A program made the position numbers and the translations under genes. A DNA stretch of 39,783 bases from Mycoplasmatota bacterium. GTDB lineage: Bacteria; Bacillota_I; Bacilli_A; RF39; UBA660. Where the stretch lies: contig JAAYGD010000002.1 of NCBI GenBank assembly GCA_012727915.1, positions 1-39,783 on the forward strand, given 5' to 3'. The notes under the pieces were generated by a model, which saw only the letters and a program-made list of their open reading frames with translations, was not told the origin of the DNA and made no database searches. Shown here piece after piece: positions 1 through 8,750 of the stretch; the first letter of the stretch is position 1, and every line of letters starts with the position of its first letter.

Positions 1-112
1 TAAAGGCTTCAGCTATTACTTTGTCATCTTTTACTACAATTGCTCCATAAGGGTAATAACCCTTTTTTGATAATTCTATTGCTTTTCTAACATATTCAAT
101 ATCTTTAGCCAT
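1..112 (-). CDS. Nucleoside/nucleobase deaminase family protein, N-terminal part (runs off left edge)
   Basis: Hand translation from ATG at 112: MAKDIEYVRKAIELSKKGYYPYGAIVVKDDKVIAEAF. This fits the 'A..A....P(F/Y)GAVIV.D..(I/V)I' start of CDA/TadA/GuaD-like deaminases. Not in the ORF track. Confidence 0.8.
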   Translation of the reverse strand, partial: MAKDIEYVRKAIELSKKGYYPYGAIVVKDDKVIAEAF

Positions 113-152
113 TTTATCACTTATTTAAATTATACAATAATAATTAAATTTA

Positions 153-500
<348 letters not shown>

Positions 501-563
501 CTATTCTGTATTTATAATTGTGTCATTATACCAATTTTATCATTATTGAAAGACGTTGGGAAG

Positions 564-638
564 ACACATTTTTAATACATATTTTCTTCACTTGGCGATA
601 CACTTTTAATACACTTTTTATACAGTGCCTTAATACAC
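564..638. repeat. Phased short direct repeats (A[T/C]ACA[C/G/T]) upstream of the recombinase remnant
   Basis: ACACAT 564, ATACAT 575, ATACAC 598, ATACAC 609, ATACAG 620, ATACAC 633; mostly 11-bp spacing. Confidence 0.5.
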
Positions 639-650
639 AGGTACTGGTTT

Positions 651-944
651 TTATGCATTTTTAAGTAATTCTATTAGTTTTAGCCAATTTATTTTGTTTG
701 TTTTATCATATAAGAATATTTCGTTTTCATCATTCGAATATTGTCCATATGATAGAATCACATAAGTTTTATCATTCTTTTTTATAATGATTTTTATTGG
801 CTGTATAATCCTAATATTTGTCCGCTCTATAGTAGCTGACATGCCATTGTGCCAAGTAATATAAGTGTTTTTAGTTGATATGTACTTATCTACTTGTTCT
901 CTCAACTTAGAGGTTGGAGCAATTTCTTTTTCAATTTTTTGCAT
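651..944 (-). CDS. Hypothetical protein (97 aa)
   Basis: ORF with ATG and GAGGT RBS; no recognised motif. Confidence 0.45.
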   Translation of the reverse strand: MQKIEKEIAPTSKLREQVDKYISTKNTYITWHNGMSATIERTNIRIIQPIKIIIKKNDKTYVILSYGQYSNDENEIFLYDKTNKINWLKLIELLKNA

Positions 945-982
945 AATAAAACCTCACTCATCCTTTCAGACTAGTGAGGTTT
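945..982 (-). terminator. Likely intrinsic terminator of tRNA-His
   Basis: 10-bp inverted repeat AAACCTCACT (949-958) / AGTGAGGTTT (973-982), followed by a U-rich stretch on the minus strand. Confidence 0.6.
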
Positions 983-1018
983 GTATTTATCTACTCTTAT
1001 GAGTAGTATTATTCTTAA

Positions 1019-1095
1019 TGGGGCGACATATGGGAATCGAACCCATGTATACTAGAGCCACAATCTAGCGTGTTAACCACTTCACCAATGCCGCC
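1019..1095 (-). tRNA. tRNA-His (GTG)
   Basis: Minus strand GGCGGCATTGGTGAAGTGGTTAACACGCTAGATTGTGGCTCTAGTATACATGGGTTCGATTCCCATATGTCGCCCCA: cloverleaf, anticodon stem CTAGA/TCTAG with GTG, TTCGA T-loop, G-1, C discriminator, encoded CCA. Confidence 0.97.
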
Positions 1096-1132
1096 ATAAA
1101 AAAAGTAACAATGCTATTATAGCATTGTTACT
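1096..1132 (-). terminator. Intrinsic terminator of the zinc-ribbon gene
   Basis: Inverted repeat AGTAACAATGCTA-tta-TAGCATTGTTACT (1104-1132), followed by a poly-T run on the minus strand. Confidence 0.7.
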
Positions 1133-1144
1133 GGGAAAATTCAA
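1116..1144 (-). promoter_or_regulatory. SigA-type promoter of tRNA-His
   Basis: Minus strand TTGAAT-N17-TATAAT with extended -10 TG. Confidence 0.7.
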
Positions 1145-1147
1145 TAA

Positions 1148-1324
1148 TTATCCTCTTCTGCCGTTTGAACTTTTTCTTGATGCTCTACATTCTGGGCATC
1201 TAGTTGGTTCATTTTGAAATCCCTTTTGAGCATAGAAATCTTGTTCACCAGCAGTGAATGTGAATTCTTTTCCACAATCTCTGCAAGTTAACGTTTTGTC
1301 TGTGTATTCTTTTTTAGTTTCCAT
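1148..1324 (-). CDS. Small zinc-ribbon protein (zf-trcl-like, 58 aa)
   Basis: Hand translation METKKEYTDKTLTCRDCGKEFTFTAGEQDFYAQKGFQNEPTRCPECRASRKSSNGRRG: CxxC...F.F..GEQ.FY..KGF.N.P.RCxxCR signature. RBS AAGGAGGA. Below the ORF-track cutoff. Confidence 0.9.
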   Translation of the reverse strand: METKKEYTDKTLTCRDCGKEFTFTAGEQDFYAQKGFQNEPTRCPECRASRKSSNGRRG

Positions 1325-1417
1325 TGAAAATCCTCCTTCTTAAAAATCTGGATTTTAATTATCTTACTTTCCATTTTTTTTATAGGAGGTTCGGATCAAA
1401 TTTAAAATCTATTAATG

Positions 1418-1445
1418 ATTATATCATCTTTTTCAAATAATGCAA
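1418..1445 (-). promoter_or_regulatory. Putative SigA promoter of the zinc-ribbon gene
   Basis: TTGCAT-N16-TATAAT with TG extension; implies a ~90-nt leader. Confidence 0.55.
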
Positions 1446-1449
1446 GTGA

Positions 1450-2100
1450 TTACCACTTTATTTCTTTAAAATTGTGTAATTTTAAATAATTGTTTATTTT
1501 AGAAAAAGGTTTGCTACCCTTAAACCCCTTTTCATAAGAAAACGGAGATGGATGAGCTGATTCTATTATTTTATGAATATTATTAGTTATATATTTTTTC
1601 TTTTCTCTTGCCGCGTTCCCCCATAATACAAAAATAACGGGTTCTTTTTTATTATTTAACTCTTTTATTATGTTGTCTGTAAACATTTCCCATCCTATAT
1701 TTTTATGAGAGAAAGGTTTATCCTTTTCTACAGTAAGCACAGTATTTAATAACAATACTCCCTGTACTGCCCAATCAATTAAATCTGTATTTGTTCTTTC
1801 AATATTTAAATCTTCTTTTAATTCTTTAAAAATATTGTTCAATGAAGGCGGTTTTTTTATTCCTATATTTACTGAGAAACACAATCCATTTGCTTCTCCT
1901 TCTCCATGATATGGATCTTGACCTAATATTAAAACTTTTACGTTATCATAATCAGTTACTTTTAATGCTTTAAATAAATCTTCTTTTTTAGGATATATAA
2001 TTTTTGTTAAATTTTCCTTATTTAAAAAAATTACTAGGTTTTTAAAGTAATCTTTGTTAATTTCTTCTTTTAAAATTTTATCCCAACTATTTCCAAACAT
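1450..2100 (-). CDS. ung: Uracil-DNA glycosylase
   Basis: GQDPYH, PPSL.NIFKEL, GVLLLN and HPSP motifs; start moved to ATG 2100 behind a GAGGTG RBS. Confidence 0.96.
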   Translation of the reverse strand: MFGNSWDKILKEEINKDYFKNLVIFLNKENLTKIIYPKKEDLFKALKVTDYDNVKVLILGQDPYHGEGEANGLCFSVNIGIKKPPSLNNIFKELKEDLNIERTNTDLIDWAVQGVLLLNTVLTVEKDKPFSHKNIGWEMFTDNIIKELNNKKEPVIFVLWGNAAREKKKYITNNIHKIIESAHPSPFSYEKGFKGSKPFSKINNYLKLHNFKEIKW

Positions 2101-2108
2101 TTTACACC

Positions 2109-2561
2109 TCATTTATGATATGTTTCATTGTTAATTATTTTAAACGCTCTATATAATTGCTCAAAAAACACTAGTCTAAACAGTTGATGTGGGAAAGTAA
2201 ATTTTGAAAAAGACAAGATGTCATTTGACATGTTTTTTAACAAATTATCAACTCCATTTGAACCTCCAATTACAAAAGTAATATTTTTATTAGATAAAAT
2301 ATTATATATTTTATTTGAAAATTCTTTTGATGATAATTCTGTGCCATTAGTATCTAAAATAATAATATGCTCTTTCGGGTCTATATATTTTATAATCCCA
2401 TTACTCTCTTCTTTTAAGTTTCTGCTTATATCATCATACTCAAAACTTTCTACTTCAATTATTTTTAATTTAGTATATTTTGATAGTCTTCTAATATAAT
2501 CATTTATTCCTTCAACTAAATATCTTTCTTTAATTTTTCCAACACAAATTACCTTAATCAT
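2109..2561 (-). CDS. rlmH: 23S rRNA pseudouridine1915 N3-methyltransferase
   Basis: VGKIKE, FVIGGS.G, S..TFPHQL.R....EQLYRAFKI...YHK. Confidence 0.96.
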   Translation of the reverse strand: MIKVICVGKIKERYLVEGINDYIRRLSKYTKLKIIEVESFEYDDISRNLKEESNGIIKYIDPKEHIIILDTNGTELSSKEFSNKIYNILSNKNITFVIGGSNGVDNLLKNMSNDILSFSKFTFPHQLFRLVFFEQLYRAFKIINNETYHK

Positions 2562-3301
2562 ATTTCAATTACTCCAGTTGGAACATTTTGTTTTGCAACA
2601 ATTTTTATTATTTTAGTATTTTTTATTTTATTATTTAATTCTTCTAGAGCTTTTTCTTCAGTATTATTTTCCTCACTTAAATGAGATAAAATTATGTACT
2701 TGGTATTTTCCCCTATTAGTTGAGACAAATAATAAGAACAAGCTTCATTTGATAAATGTCCTTTATCGCTTAATATTCTTTGTTTTAAATAATGAGGATA
2801 ACTACCATTCATTAACATTTCAACATCATGATTACTCTCTAATATATATACTTCCTTATTTAATATCAATGGGAAGTGTTTTGAATTAATATATCCAGTA
2901 TCTGTTATATATACAACTTTATCATTTATTATAAAACCAAAAGAATCACAATCATGTGAATTTTTTATTATTTTAATTGATAATCCATCTAAATCCATTT
3001 CTTTATTAAAATAAATAATATTAGGATCTTTTACTTTTTTAATTATTTCCGATTCCATCTTAGGGCTTATTAATATCGATGTATCATATTTTTTTATAAA
3101 CTTTGAAAGTCCAATAATATGATCAGAGTGTGTATGAGTTATAAGAATACAATTAATATCTTTTGGGTCAACATTAATATTGTTTAATTTATCTTCAATA
3201 TATTCTAGAGAAACTCCTAAATCTATTAATATTTTTTTATCATTATTTTCTATATATGTTGAATTTCCTTTTGAACCACTTGCAAGAACTACTATTTTCA
3301 T
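2558..3301 (-). CDS. walJ: MBL-fold exonuclease WalJ/YycJ
   Basis: LASGSKGN, THTHSDH, TDTGY, ESNHD, GHLSN, HLSEENN; upstream of rlmH. Confidence 0.88.
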   Translation of the reverse strand: MKIVVLASGSKGNSTYIENNDKKILIDLGVSLEYIEDKLNNINVDPKDINCILITHTHSDHIIGLSKFIKKYDTSILISPKMESEIIKKVKDPNIIYFNKEMDLDGLSIKIIKNSHDCDSFGFIINDKVVYITDTGYINSKHFPLILNKEVYILESNHDVEMLMNGSYPHYLKQRILSDKGHLSNEACSYYLSQLIGENTKYIILSHLSEENNTEEKALEELNNKIKNTKIIKIVAKQNVPTGVIEI

Positions 3302-4638
3302 TATTCTTCTTCCAAATATCCAATAAAAGTACTAGTATTCTTTTTAAACATTAATTTAATAGTACTCGTTATACCACTTCTATTTTTTCCAATTATAAAT
3401 TCAACAACACTATTATTATTTTCTAATTTAGATTCTTTATTATAATAATCATCTCTATATAAAAATGCAACAATATCTGCATCTTGTTCTATTGAACCGG
3501 ATTCTCTTAAATCACTCATCAATGGTCTTTTATCTTCTCTAGAATCAACGGATCTATTCAACTGTGCACACGCGATTATTGGAACATTTAATTCTAATGA
3601 TAGTTCTTTTAGTGATCTTGAAATTTCCGCTACTTCTTGTTGTCTATTATCACTATTTTTTCCACCAACATTTACTAATTGTAAATAGTCTATAATTATT
3701 AATTCTAATCCTTCTTCTGAAGACGCCAATCTTCTACATTTAGCTCTAATTTCACCAACAGTTATGCCAGGAGTATCATCAATCTTTAAATTTGTATTTG
3801 CAAGTTGACTAATTGCTTCATTTACTCTTTTCCAATCATTATTTTCAAGTTTACCAGTTCTTATTCTATATCCATCTATTTGACCTACAGAACTTATCAT
3901 ACGCATTGCTAATTGCTCAGCATTCATTTCCATATTAAAAACCGCAACAGCTTTTTTTGTAGATGAAGCTACATTTGTTGCAATATTTAAAACAAATGCA
4001 GTTTTTCCCATACCTGGTCTTGCAGCAACTATTATTAATTCGTTTTCATGAAATCCTGTAGTTAGTTTATCCAAATCATGAAAACCACTGGCTACTCCAG
4101 TAATATCGCTTCCGGCTTCAGATAATTTTTCCAAATTAGCTTGAGCTCTAAACAATACATCTTGTATATTTTTAAATTCAGTTGCTCTTCTATTTTTAAC
4201 TACATTTAATATTTTCCTTTCAGCATCATCTAACATTTCTCCAATATCTTCAGATTCTGAATACGCTACAGTAGCAATATTAGTAGCAGTATCTATTAGT
4301 TTTCTTGATATTGCTTTTTCTTTTACTATACTTATATAATAATCAACATTAGCAGCTGTAGGAACTGAGTTAACAATTTCTAATAAATATTCAGCACTCA
4401 AAGAAGAAGAAAAATATTTTTTCTTTTTCAATCTGTCAGATACAGTTGTAACATCTATTGCAACACCTTCTATATATAATTCTTTTAATACTTCATATAT
4501 TTTAGAATTATCCGATGAATAAAACGAATCTTTTTCAAGATCTTCTATAACTTTTTGCAAAGCACTTTTTGAAATAAATACAGATCCTAATACCGATTGT
4601 TCTGCTTCTATATTTTGTGGTAATTTTCTTTCTGTCAT
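3301..4638 (-). CDS. dnaB: Replicative DNA helicase (DnaB; DnaC in Bacillus nomenclature)
   Basis: PQNIEAEQSVLG, AARPGMGKT, IDYLQL, DLRESGSIEQDAD, KNRSG. Confidence 0.97.
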   Translation of the reverse strand: MTERKLPQNIEAEQSVLGSVFISKSALQKVIEDLEKDSFYSSDNSKIYEVLKELYIEGVAIDVTTVSDRLKKKKYFSSSLSAEYLLEIVNSVPTAANVDYYISIVKEKAISRKLIDTATNIATVAYSESEDIGEMLDDAERKILNVVKNRRATEFKNIQDVLFRAQANLEKLSEAGSDITGVASGFHDLDKLTTGFHENELIIVAARPGMGKTAFVLNIATNVASSTKKAVAVFNMEMNAEQLAMRMISSVGQIDGYRIRTGKLENNDWKRVNEAISQLANTNLKIDDTPGITVGEIRAKCRRLASSEEGLELIIIDYLQLVNVGGKNSDNRQQEVAEISRSLKELSLELNVPIIACAQLNRSVDSREDKRPLMSDLRESGSIEQDADIVAFLYRDDYYNKESKLENNNSVVEFIIGKNRSGITSTIKLMFKKNTSTFIGYLEEE

Positions 4639-4647
4639 AATTCACCT

Positions 4648-5088
4648 CTATTCTTTAATTAATTGAACTCTAATATTAAACTCTACTTCCTTATTTAGAA
4701 CAATTTTAACTTCATGAAAACCCAACTTATCAATATTTTCAGCTTTAATATCTTTTTTATCAATAATATAATTTATTTTTTTTAATTCTTCAGATATTTG
4801 TTTTGATGTTACACTACCAAACACTTTATCCTCAATACCAGTTTTTACTTTAAATTTTATAATTTTATTTTCTAATTCTTTTTTAATTTGAATATATTTT
4901 CTAAGTTCTTCTTTTTTATCTTTTTCTTTTTTTATAATTTGTTCATTTAATACTTCTTTACTAAATTCGGTATATTTAACTGCATAACCTTGTTTAATTA
5001 AAAAATTATTTGCATAACCATCTTTTACTTCTTTAATTTCATCTTTTTTTCCTTGATTTTTCAGATCTTTAATGAATATTACTTTCAT
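4648..5088 (-). CDS. rplI: 50S ribosomal protein L9
   Basis: MKVIF.KD...GK.....VKDGYA.NFLI..G.A; FGSVT; start at ATG 5088. Confidence 0.96.
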   Translation of the reverse strand: MKVIFIKDLKNQGKKDEIKEVKDGYANNFLIKQGYAVKYTEFSKEVLNEQIIKKEKDKKEELRKYIQIKKELENKIIKFKVKTGIEDKVFGSVTSKQISEELKKINYIIDKKDIKAENIDKLGFHEVKIVLNKEVEFNIRVQLIKE

Positions 5089-5145
5089 AATTTCACCTCT
5101 CAAATTTCTTTGTATATTTATTATACTACAATTATTATAATATAA

Positions 5146-5170
5146 AACAAAAAGTAACTAAAGTTACTTT
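5146..5170 (-). terminator. Terminator overlapping the stop of the DHH gene
   Basis: AAAGTAACT-aa-AGTTACTTT (5151-5170) plus T-run. Confidence 0.5.
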
Positions 5171-6132
5171 AAGATTAATTTTATAACCATTTCTTTTACT
5201 TCATCTATATTCTTGTCAATTATTTGTGTTGCCGCCTCTGTTTTATGGCCTCCACCATTTAACTTTTTCATTATAGATTGTACATCAATTTTTCCTAAAG
5301 ATCTTGCACTTATTCCTATTTGATTCTTATCTATTTTTCCTATAACAAATGAAGCTTCCACAAAATTAAACGTTAACATTGTATCTGCAGCTTTTGCTAA
5401 TTCATCATTATCATATATTTTATTATCTTCCGCAATTGCTATTATTACATTTTTGTTTACAAATACTGATGATTTAATTATTTCTTGTCTTTTAATATAT
5501 TCATTAAAATCTTGTTTAAATAAATACTGTATATCATTATAATCTGCTCCCATTTTTTTTAATAAAGCTGCAACTTCAAAAGTATTTTTAGTTGTTTTAA
5601 TATAAAATCTATTGGTGTCAACCATTATACCTGAAAGCATCACTGATGCAATATATTGAGGGATATATACATTTAAATCTATTAACAAATCCATAATAAT
5701 TTCACAACTACTAGATTCTTGAGAATTAATATAAGAATACAAATAATCATTCTCATTAACGCCACCTTTAACATGATGATCTATTAATATTTTATTATTT
5801 ATTTTATTAATTGATTTTTCATTTTGGATTCTGTCTTCGTTATTTGTGTCTAAAATAACTAACAGTGTATTTTTACCTATTTTTGTTTTCGATAACTTAT
5901 TAATAGGTATATTAAAACCTAATTTTTCAATATTGTTTAAAGCGGTTTTAACTCCTTCTTCGAAAATATCGTCTTCAATTAATAAATATGATTCTTTGTC
6001 AAGTTTAGATGCTATGTAAAAAAATCCAAGTATTGCGCCAAGTGCATCTAAGTCTAAGTTTTTATGTGCAGTTATTACAACATTACTTGACTTTTTTATT
6101 ATTTCTTCGATCTTTTTTGAATCTATTTTCAT
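5164..6132 (-). CDS. DHH/DHHA1 phosphodiesterase, GdpP-like catalytic module only
   Basis: H...D.DALG, D-T, DHH, GIMVDT..F, ISARSLG.IDVQ.IM..L.GGGH...AATQ; occupies the gdpP position upstream of rplI-dnaB. Confidence 0.85.
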   Translation of the reverse strand: MKIDSKKIEEIIKKSSNVVITAHKNLDLDALGAILGFFYIASKLDKESYLLIEDDIFEEGVKTALNNIEKLGFNIPINKLSKTKIGKNTLLVILDTNNEDRIQNEKSINKINNKILIDHHVKGGVNENDYLYSYINSQESSSCEIIMDLLIDLNVYIPQYIASVMLSGIMVDTNRFYIKTTKNTFEVAALLKKMGADYNDIQYLFKQDFNEYIKRQEIIKSSVFVNKNVIIAIAEDNKIYDNDELAKAADTMLTFNFVEASFVIGKIDKNQIGISARSLGKIDVQSIMKKLNGGGHKTEAATQIIDKNIDEVKEMVIKLILK

Positions 6133-6164
6133 ACTATCACCATAATTATTATACTATAATATTA

Positions 6165-6192
6165 AAAGAAAAAGTGAATTAATATTCACTTT
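6165..6192 (-). terminator. Terminator of hpf
   Basis: AAAGTGAAT-taat-ATTCACTTT (6171-6192) overlapping the stop codon, T-rich tail. Confidence 0.6.
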
Positions 6193-6712
6193 ATTCAACT
6201 TCTATAATTCCATAATCTTTATCTTTTCTTAAATATAAAACTTTAATTTTTCCATCAAATCCATCTTTAAATATATAAAAATCGTGTCCTAACATTTCCA
6301 TTTGAAGAATTGCTTCCTCTTCACTCATAGGTTTTGTATCAATTTTTTTTCTTTTCGTAATCTTTTGATTTTCTTCTTCATTTCCATTTTCTATTTCATA
6401 ATTTAAAAATTTATCTTTATCAATTCTTCCAATTTTTTCTTTATTTTTTCTAATTTGTCTTTCTATTTTATCCATTACTAGATCTATTGCTGCATATAAA
6501 TCTGATTGTGACTCTTCATTTCTAATCAACAAATTTTTTGTAGGAATTGTAACTTCTATTATTTGCTCATGTCCTCTTAACTTTAAAACTATATTTGCAG
6601 TTATTTCATTAGGATTTCTAAAAAATTTGTCTACTTTCTCTAACTTGCTTTCAATATAGTCTTTTATTGGCTTATTAACCTCAATATCTTTGCTTCTAAT
6701 TATACTTTTCAT
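6191..6712 (-). CDS. hpf: Ribosome hibernation promoting factor (long HPF)
   Basis: DLYAAIDLVMDKIERQIRKNK and C-terminal KPMSEEEAILQMEMLGHDFYIF. Confidence 0.95.
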   Translation of the reverse strand: MKSIIRSKDIEVNKPIKDYIESKLEKVDKFFRNPNEITANIVLKLRGHEQIIEVTIPTKNLLIRNEESQSDLYAAIDLVMDKIERQIRKNKEKIGRIDKDKFLNYEIENGNEEENQKITKRKKIDTKPMSEEEAILQMEMLGHDFYIFKDGFDGKIKVLYLRKDKDYGIIEVE

Positions 6713-6764
6713 TATTGTCCTCCTTAATCAAATATTAACATATTATTTAAAAAAAAACCACTTT

Positions 6765-7790
6765 TTATTTTTTTGTTTTATGACCTATTTTATATACGAT
6801 TATTACAAACACTATAAACAAAATTATATATAAAACTATACCAATTTTTTTGTCTATAACTGCATATATAATAGAGGAAAGCGCAAATAGGGAATTCATT
6901 AAGTATATTAATAATACTGTATTTCTATGGCTTATATTTAAACTTAATAATCTATGGTGCAAATGCATTTTGTCGGCAGTCATAATAGATTTTTTATTAA
7001 TAATTCTTCTTAATATTGCCCAAGCCGTATCAAGTATTGGAATTGCCATAATAAATAAAGGAACTACAAAAGATGTCAATGTAACGGATTTAAATCCTAA
7101 TATTGCAATTATAGATACAATATAACCTAATAACATAGCTCCACTATCTCCAAGATATATTTTAGCAGGATAAAAATTATGAATTAAGAATCCTAAAGTA
7201 GTTCCTAACATTATTAAAGTTAAATAAATATCTAAACCATTGTATTTACCAGACACAAACGATATTATAGCAATTGTAATAAAAAATATTTCTGATATAC
7301 CGGTAGCTAGTCCATCTAATCCATCAATAAAATTTACAGCATTAATCATTCCTAAAATGAATATAATAGATATTAATTGATCAAACATTCCAAAATCTAT
7401 ATATATTCCAAATGCATCAACCTTTTCTATAACCAAACCGCCGTATAAAACAACAATAATAGCCGCGATAAATTGACCAATAAATTTATATTTTGCCTTA
7501 ATTGGATTTAAATCATCAATCATACCAGTAATTAAAATTATAATTCCTCCTAATATAATAGGTATCATATCAATTATTTTGCTTGCAAATACCATATATC
7601 CGAATATAAATGTCAAAAAAATAACTAATCCTCCTAAGGTTGGCATAGGAATTTTATTAATTCTTCTTTTATTTGGTTTATCAACTGATTTAATATGAAA
7701 AGCTATTTTTTTTATAAAAGGTGTAATAATAAATGAAAATAAAAAAGTTGAAATTATAATTGTAACTATTTCTTTTGTATCTAAATACAT
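6765..7790 (-). CDS. tagO: Undecaprenyl-phosphate GlcNAc-1-phosphate transferase (TagO/WecA, MraY family)
   Basis: D.P..RR....P.P.LGG, GMIDD, NAVNFIDGLDGLA, NFYPAKIYLGDSG, D..HLHH; multi-TM. Confidence 0.88.
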   Translation of the reverse strand: MYLDTKEIVTIIISTFLFSFIITPFIKKIAFHIKSVDKPNKRRINKIPMPTLGGLVIFLTFIFGYMVFASKIIDMIPIILGGIIILITGMIDDLNPIKAKYKFIGQFIAAIIVVLYGGLVIEKVDAFGIYIDFGMFDQLISIIFILGMINAVNFIDGLDGLATGISEIFFITIAIISFVSGKYNGLDIYLTLIMLGTTLGFLIHNFYPAKIYLGDSGAMLLGYIVSIIAILGFKSVTLTSFVVPLFIMAIPILDTAWAILRRIINKKSIMTADKMHLHHRLLSLNISHRNTVLLIYLMNSLFALSSIIYAVIDKKIGIVLYIILFIVFVIIVYKIGHKTKK

Positions 7791-7800
7791 AATTATCCTC

Positions 7801-8001
7801 TCATTTAATTAAAGAAAAAAGTTGATAAATATCGAATATAAAATTAGTAAATAAATAAGACAAACTTAGTGATATAAATAAATAAAATAATTTAATTTGA
7901 TTTGTGCTATTTTTTTTAAATGCATTTTCCATTTTTAAAGATGAAACACTCCATATTGAAAATGGAATAATTATTAAATATATTATCAATTTAACATTCA
8001 T
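7801..8001 (-). CDS. Small membrane protein, DUF1146/YwzB-like
   Basis: Two TM segments flanking W....LK.E..FKK....Q..L; size and position typical of ywzB. Confidence 0.7.
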   Translation of the reverse strand: MNVKLIIYLIIIPFSIWSVSSLKMENAFKKNSTNQIKLFYLFISLSLSYLFTNFIFDIYQLFSLIK

Positions 8002-8431
8002 TTTCATAATCCTTTATTTTTTCAATTCTTTTCAAATGTCTTTCTTCTATTTCAAAATTACTTGTTAAAAATTTATCAATAATTTTTTTTGCTTTTCTAA
8101 AACTTAATGCACCACTTATTGCTATTGCATTTGCATTATTATGCTTTCTAGCATAAAGAGAGTCAGTTGTACTATCAGCTTTAACACATAAAACACCATG
8201 AACTTTATTAAGAGCTATTGACATACCTATTCCCGTTTTACATATAGCAATACCAAAATCAATAGATTTATTTATAAGATTGCTTCCTAATTTAAACGCA
8301 AAATCAGGATAATCAACAGATTCTTCACTGTTTGTGCCATAATCCATTACCTCATATTTATCAACTAAATACAAAATTAATTTTTTCTTTAAAATATATC
8401 CACCATGATCAGAAACTATACCTATTTTCAT
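7991..8431 (-). CDS. rpiB: Ribose-5-phosphate isomerase B (RpiB/LacAB family, YwlF-like)
   Basis: SDHGG..LK, SVDYPD, IC.TGIGMSIA.NK, HNNAN, RH..RI.KI. Confidence 0.93.
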   Translation of the reverse strand: MKIGIVSDHGGYILKKKLILYLVDKYEVMDYGTNSEESVDYPDFAFKLGSNLINKSIDFGIAICKTGIGMSIALNKVHGVLCVKADSTTDSLYARKHNNANAIAISGALSFRKAKKIIDKFLTSNFEIEERHLKRIEKIKDYENEC

Positions 8432-8457
8432 ATGTGCCTCCATATATATTATATAAC

Positions 8458-8483
8458 AAAAAAAAGATAATTTAAATTATCTT
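8458..8483 (-). terminator. Terminator of rpmE
   Basis: Palindrome AAGATAATTTAAATTATCTT (8464-8483) overlapping the stop, followed by poly-T on the minus strand. Confidence 0.55.
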
Positions 8484-8685
8484 AATTTTCTATTCCATGT
8501 TTTTTGTTAAATTTTTCTATTTGTCCAGCTTTTGATTTTCTATTAACTTGTTTTCCTTGATAAAATGGATGACATTCAGAACAAACTTCAACATGAATTT
8601 CATCTTGTGTTGACTTAGTTTCAAATGATGATCCACATGCACAAGTAACTTTTGAATCTTTATATAAACTTGCTTTTTTACTCAT
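8482..8685 (-). CDS. rpmE: 50S ribosomal protein L31 (Zn-binding type)
   Basis: CACG...T.ST.....[14 protein letters not shown]...G.IEKFNKK. Confidence 0.95.
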   Translation of the reverse strand: MSKKASLYKDSKVTCACGSSFETKSTQDEIHVEVCSECHPFYQGKQVNRKSKAGQIEKFNKKHGIEN

Positions 8686-8750
8686 GATAACCTCCTTGAT
8701 AAATAAACTTTATATAGTATATCATTATAAATTGCAATTATCAAGAAAAA

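Noticed and set aside
2109..2126. rlmH 3' end (GAAACATATCATAAATGA) resembling the SCC-type serine recombinase attB
   Set aside because: Explained by the conserved E.YHK C-terminus. ung follows immediately and I found no second copy, so the site appears empty and cannot be tied to the remnant at 153-488.
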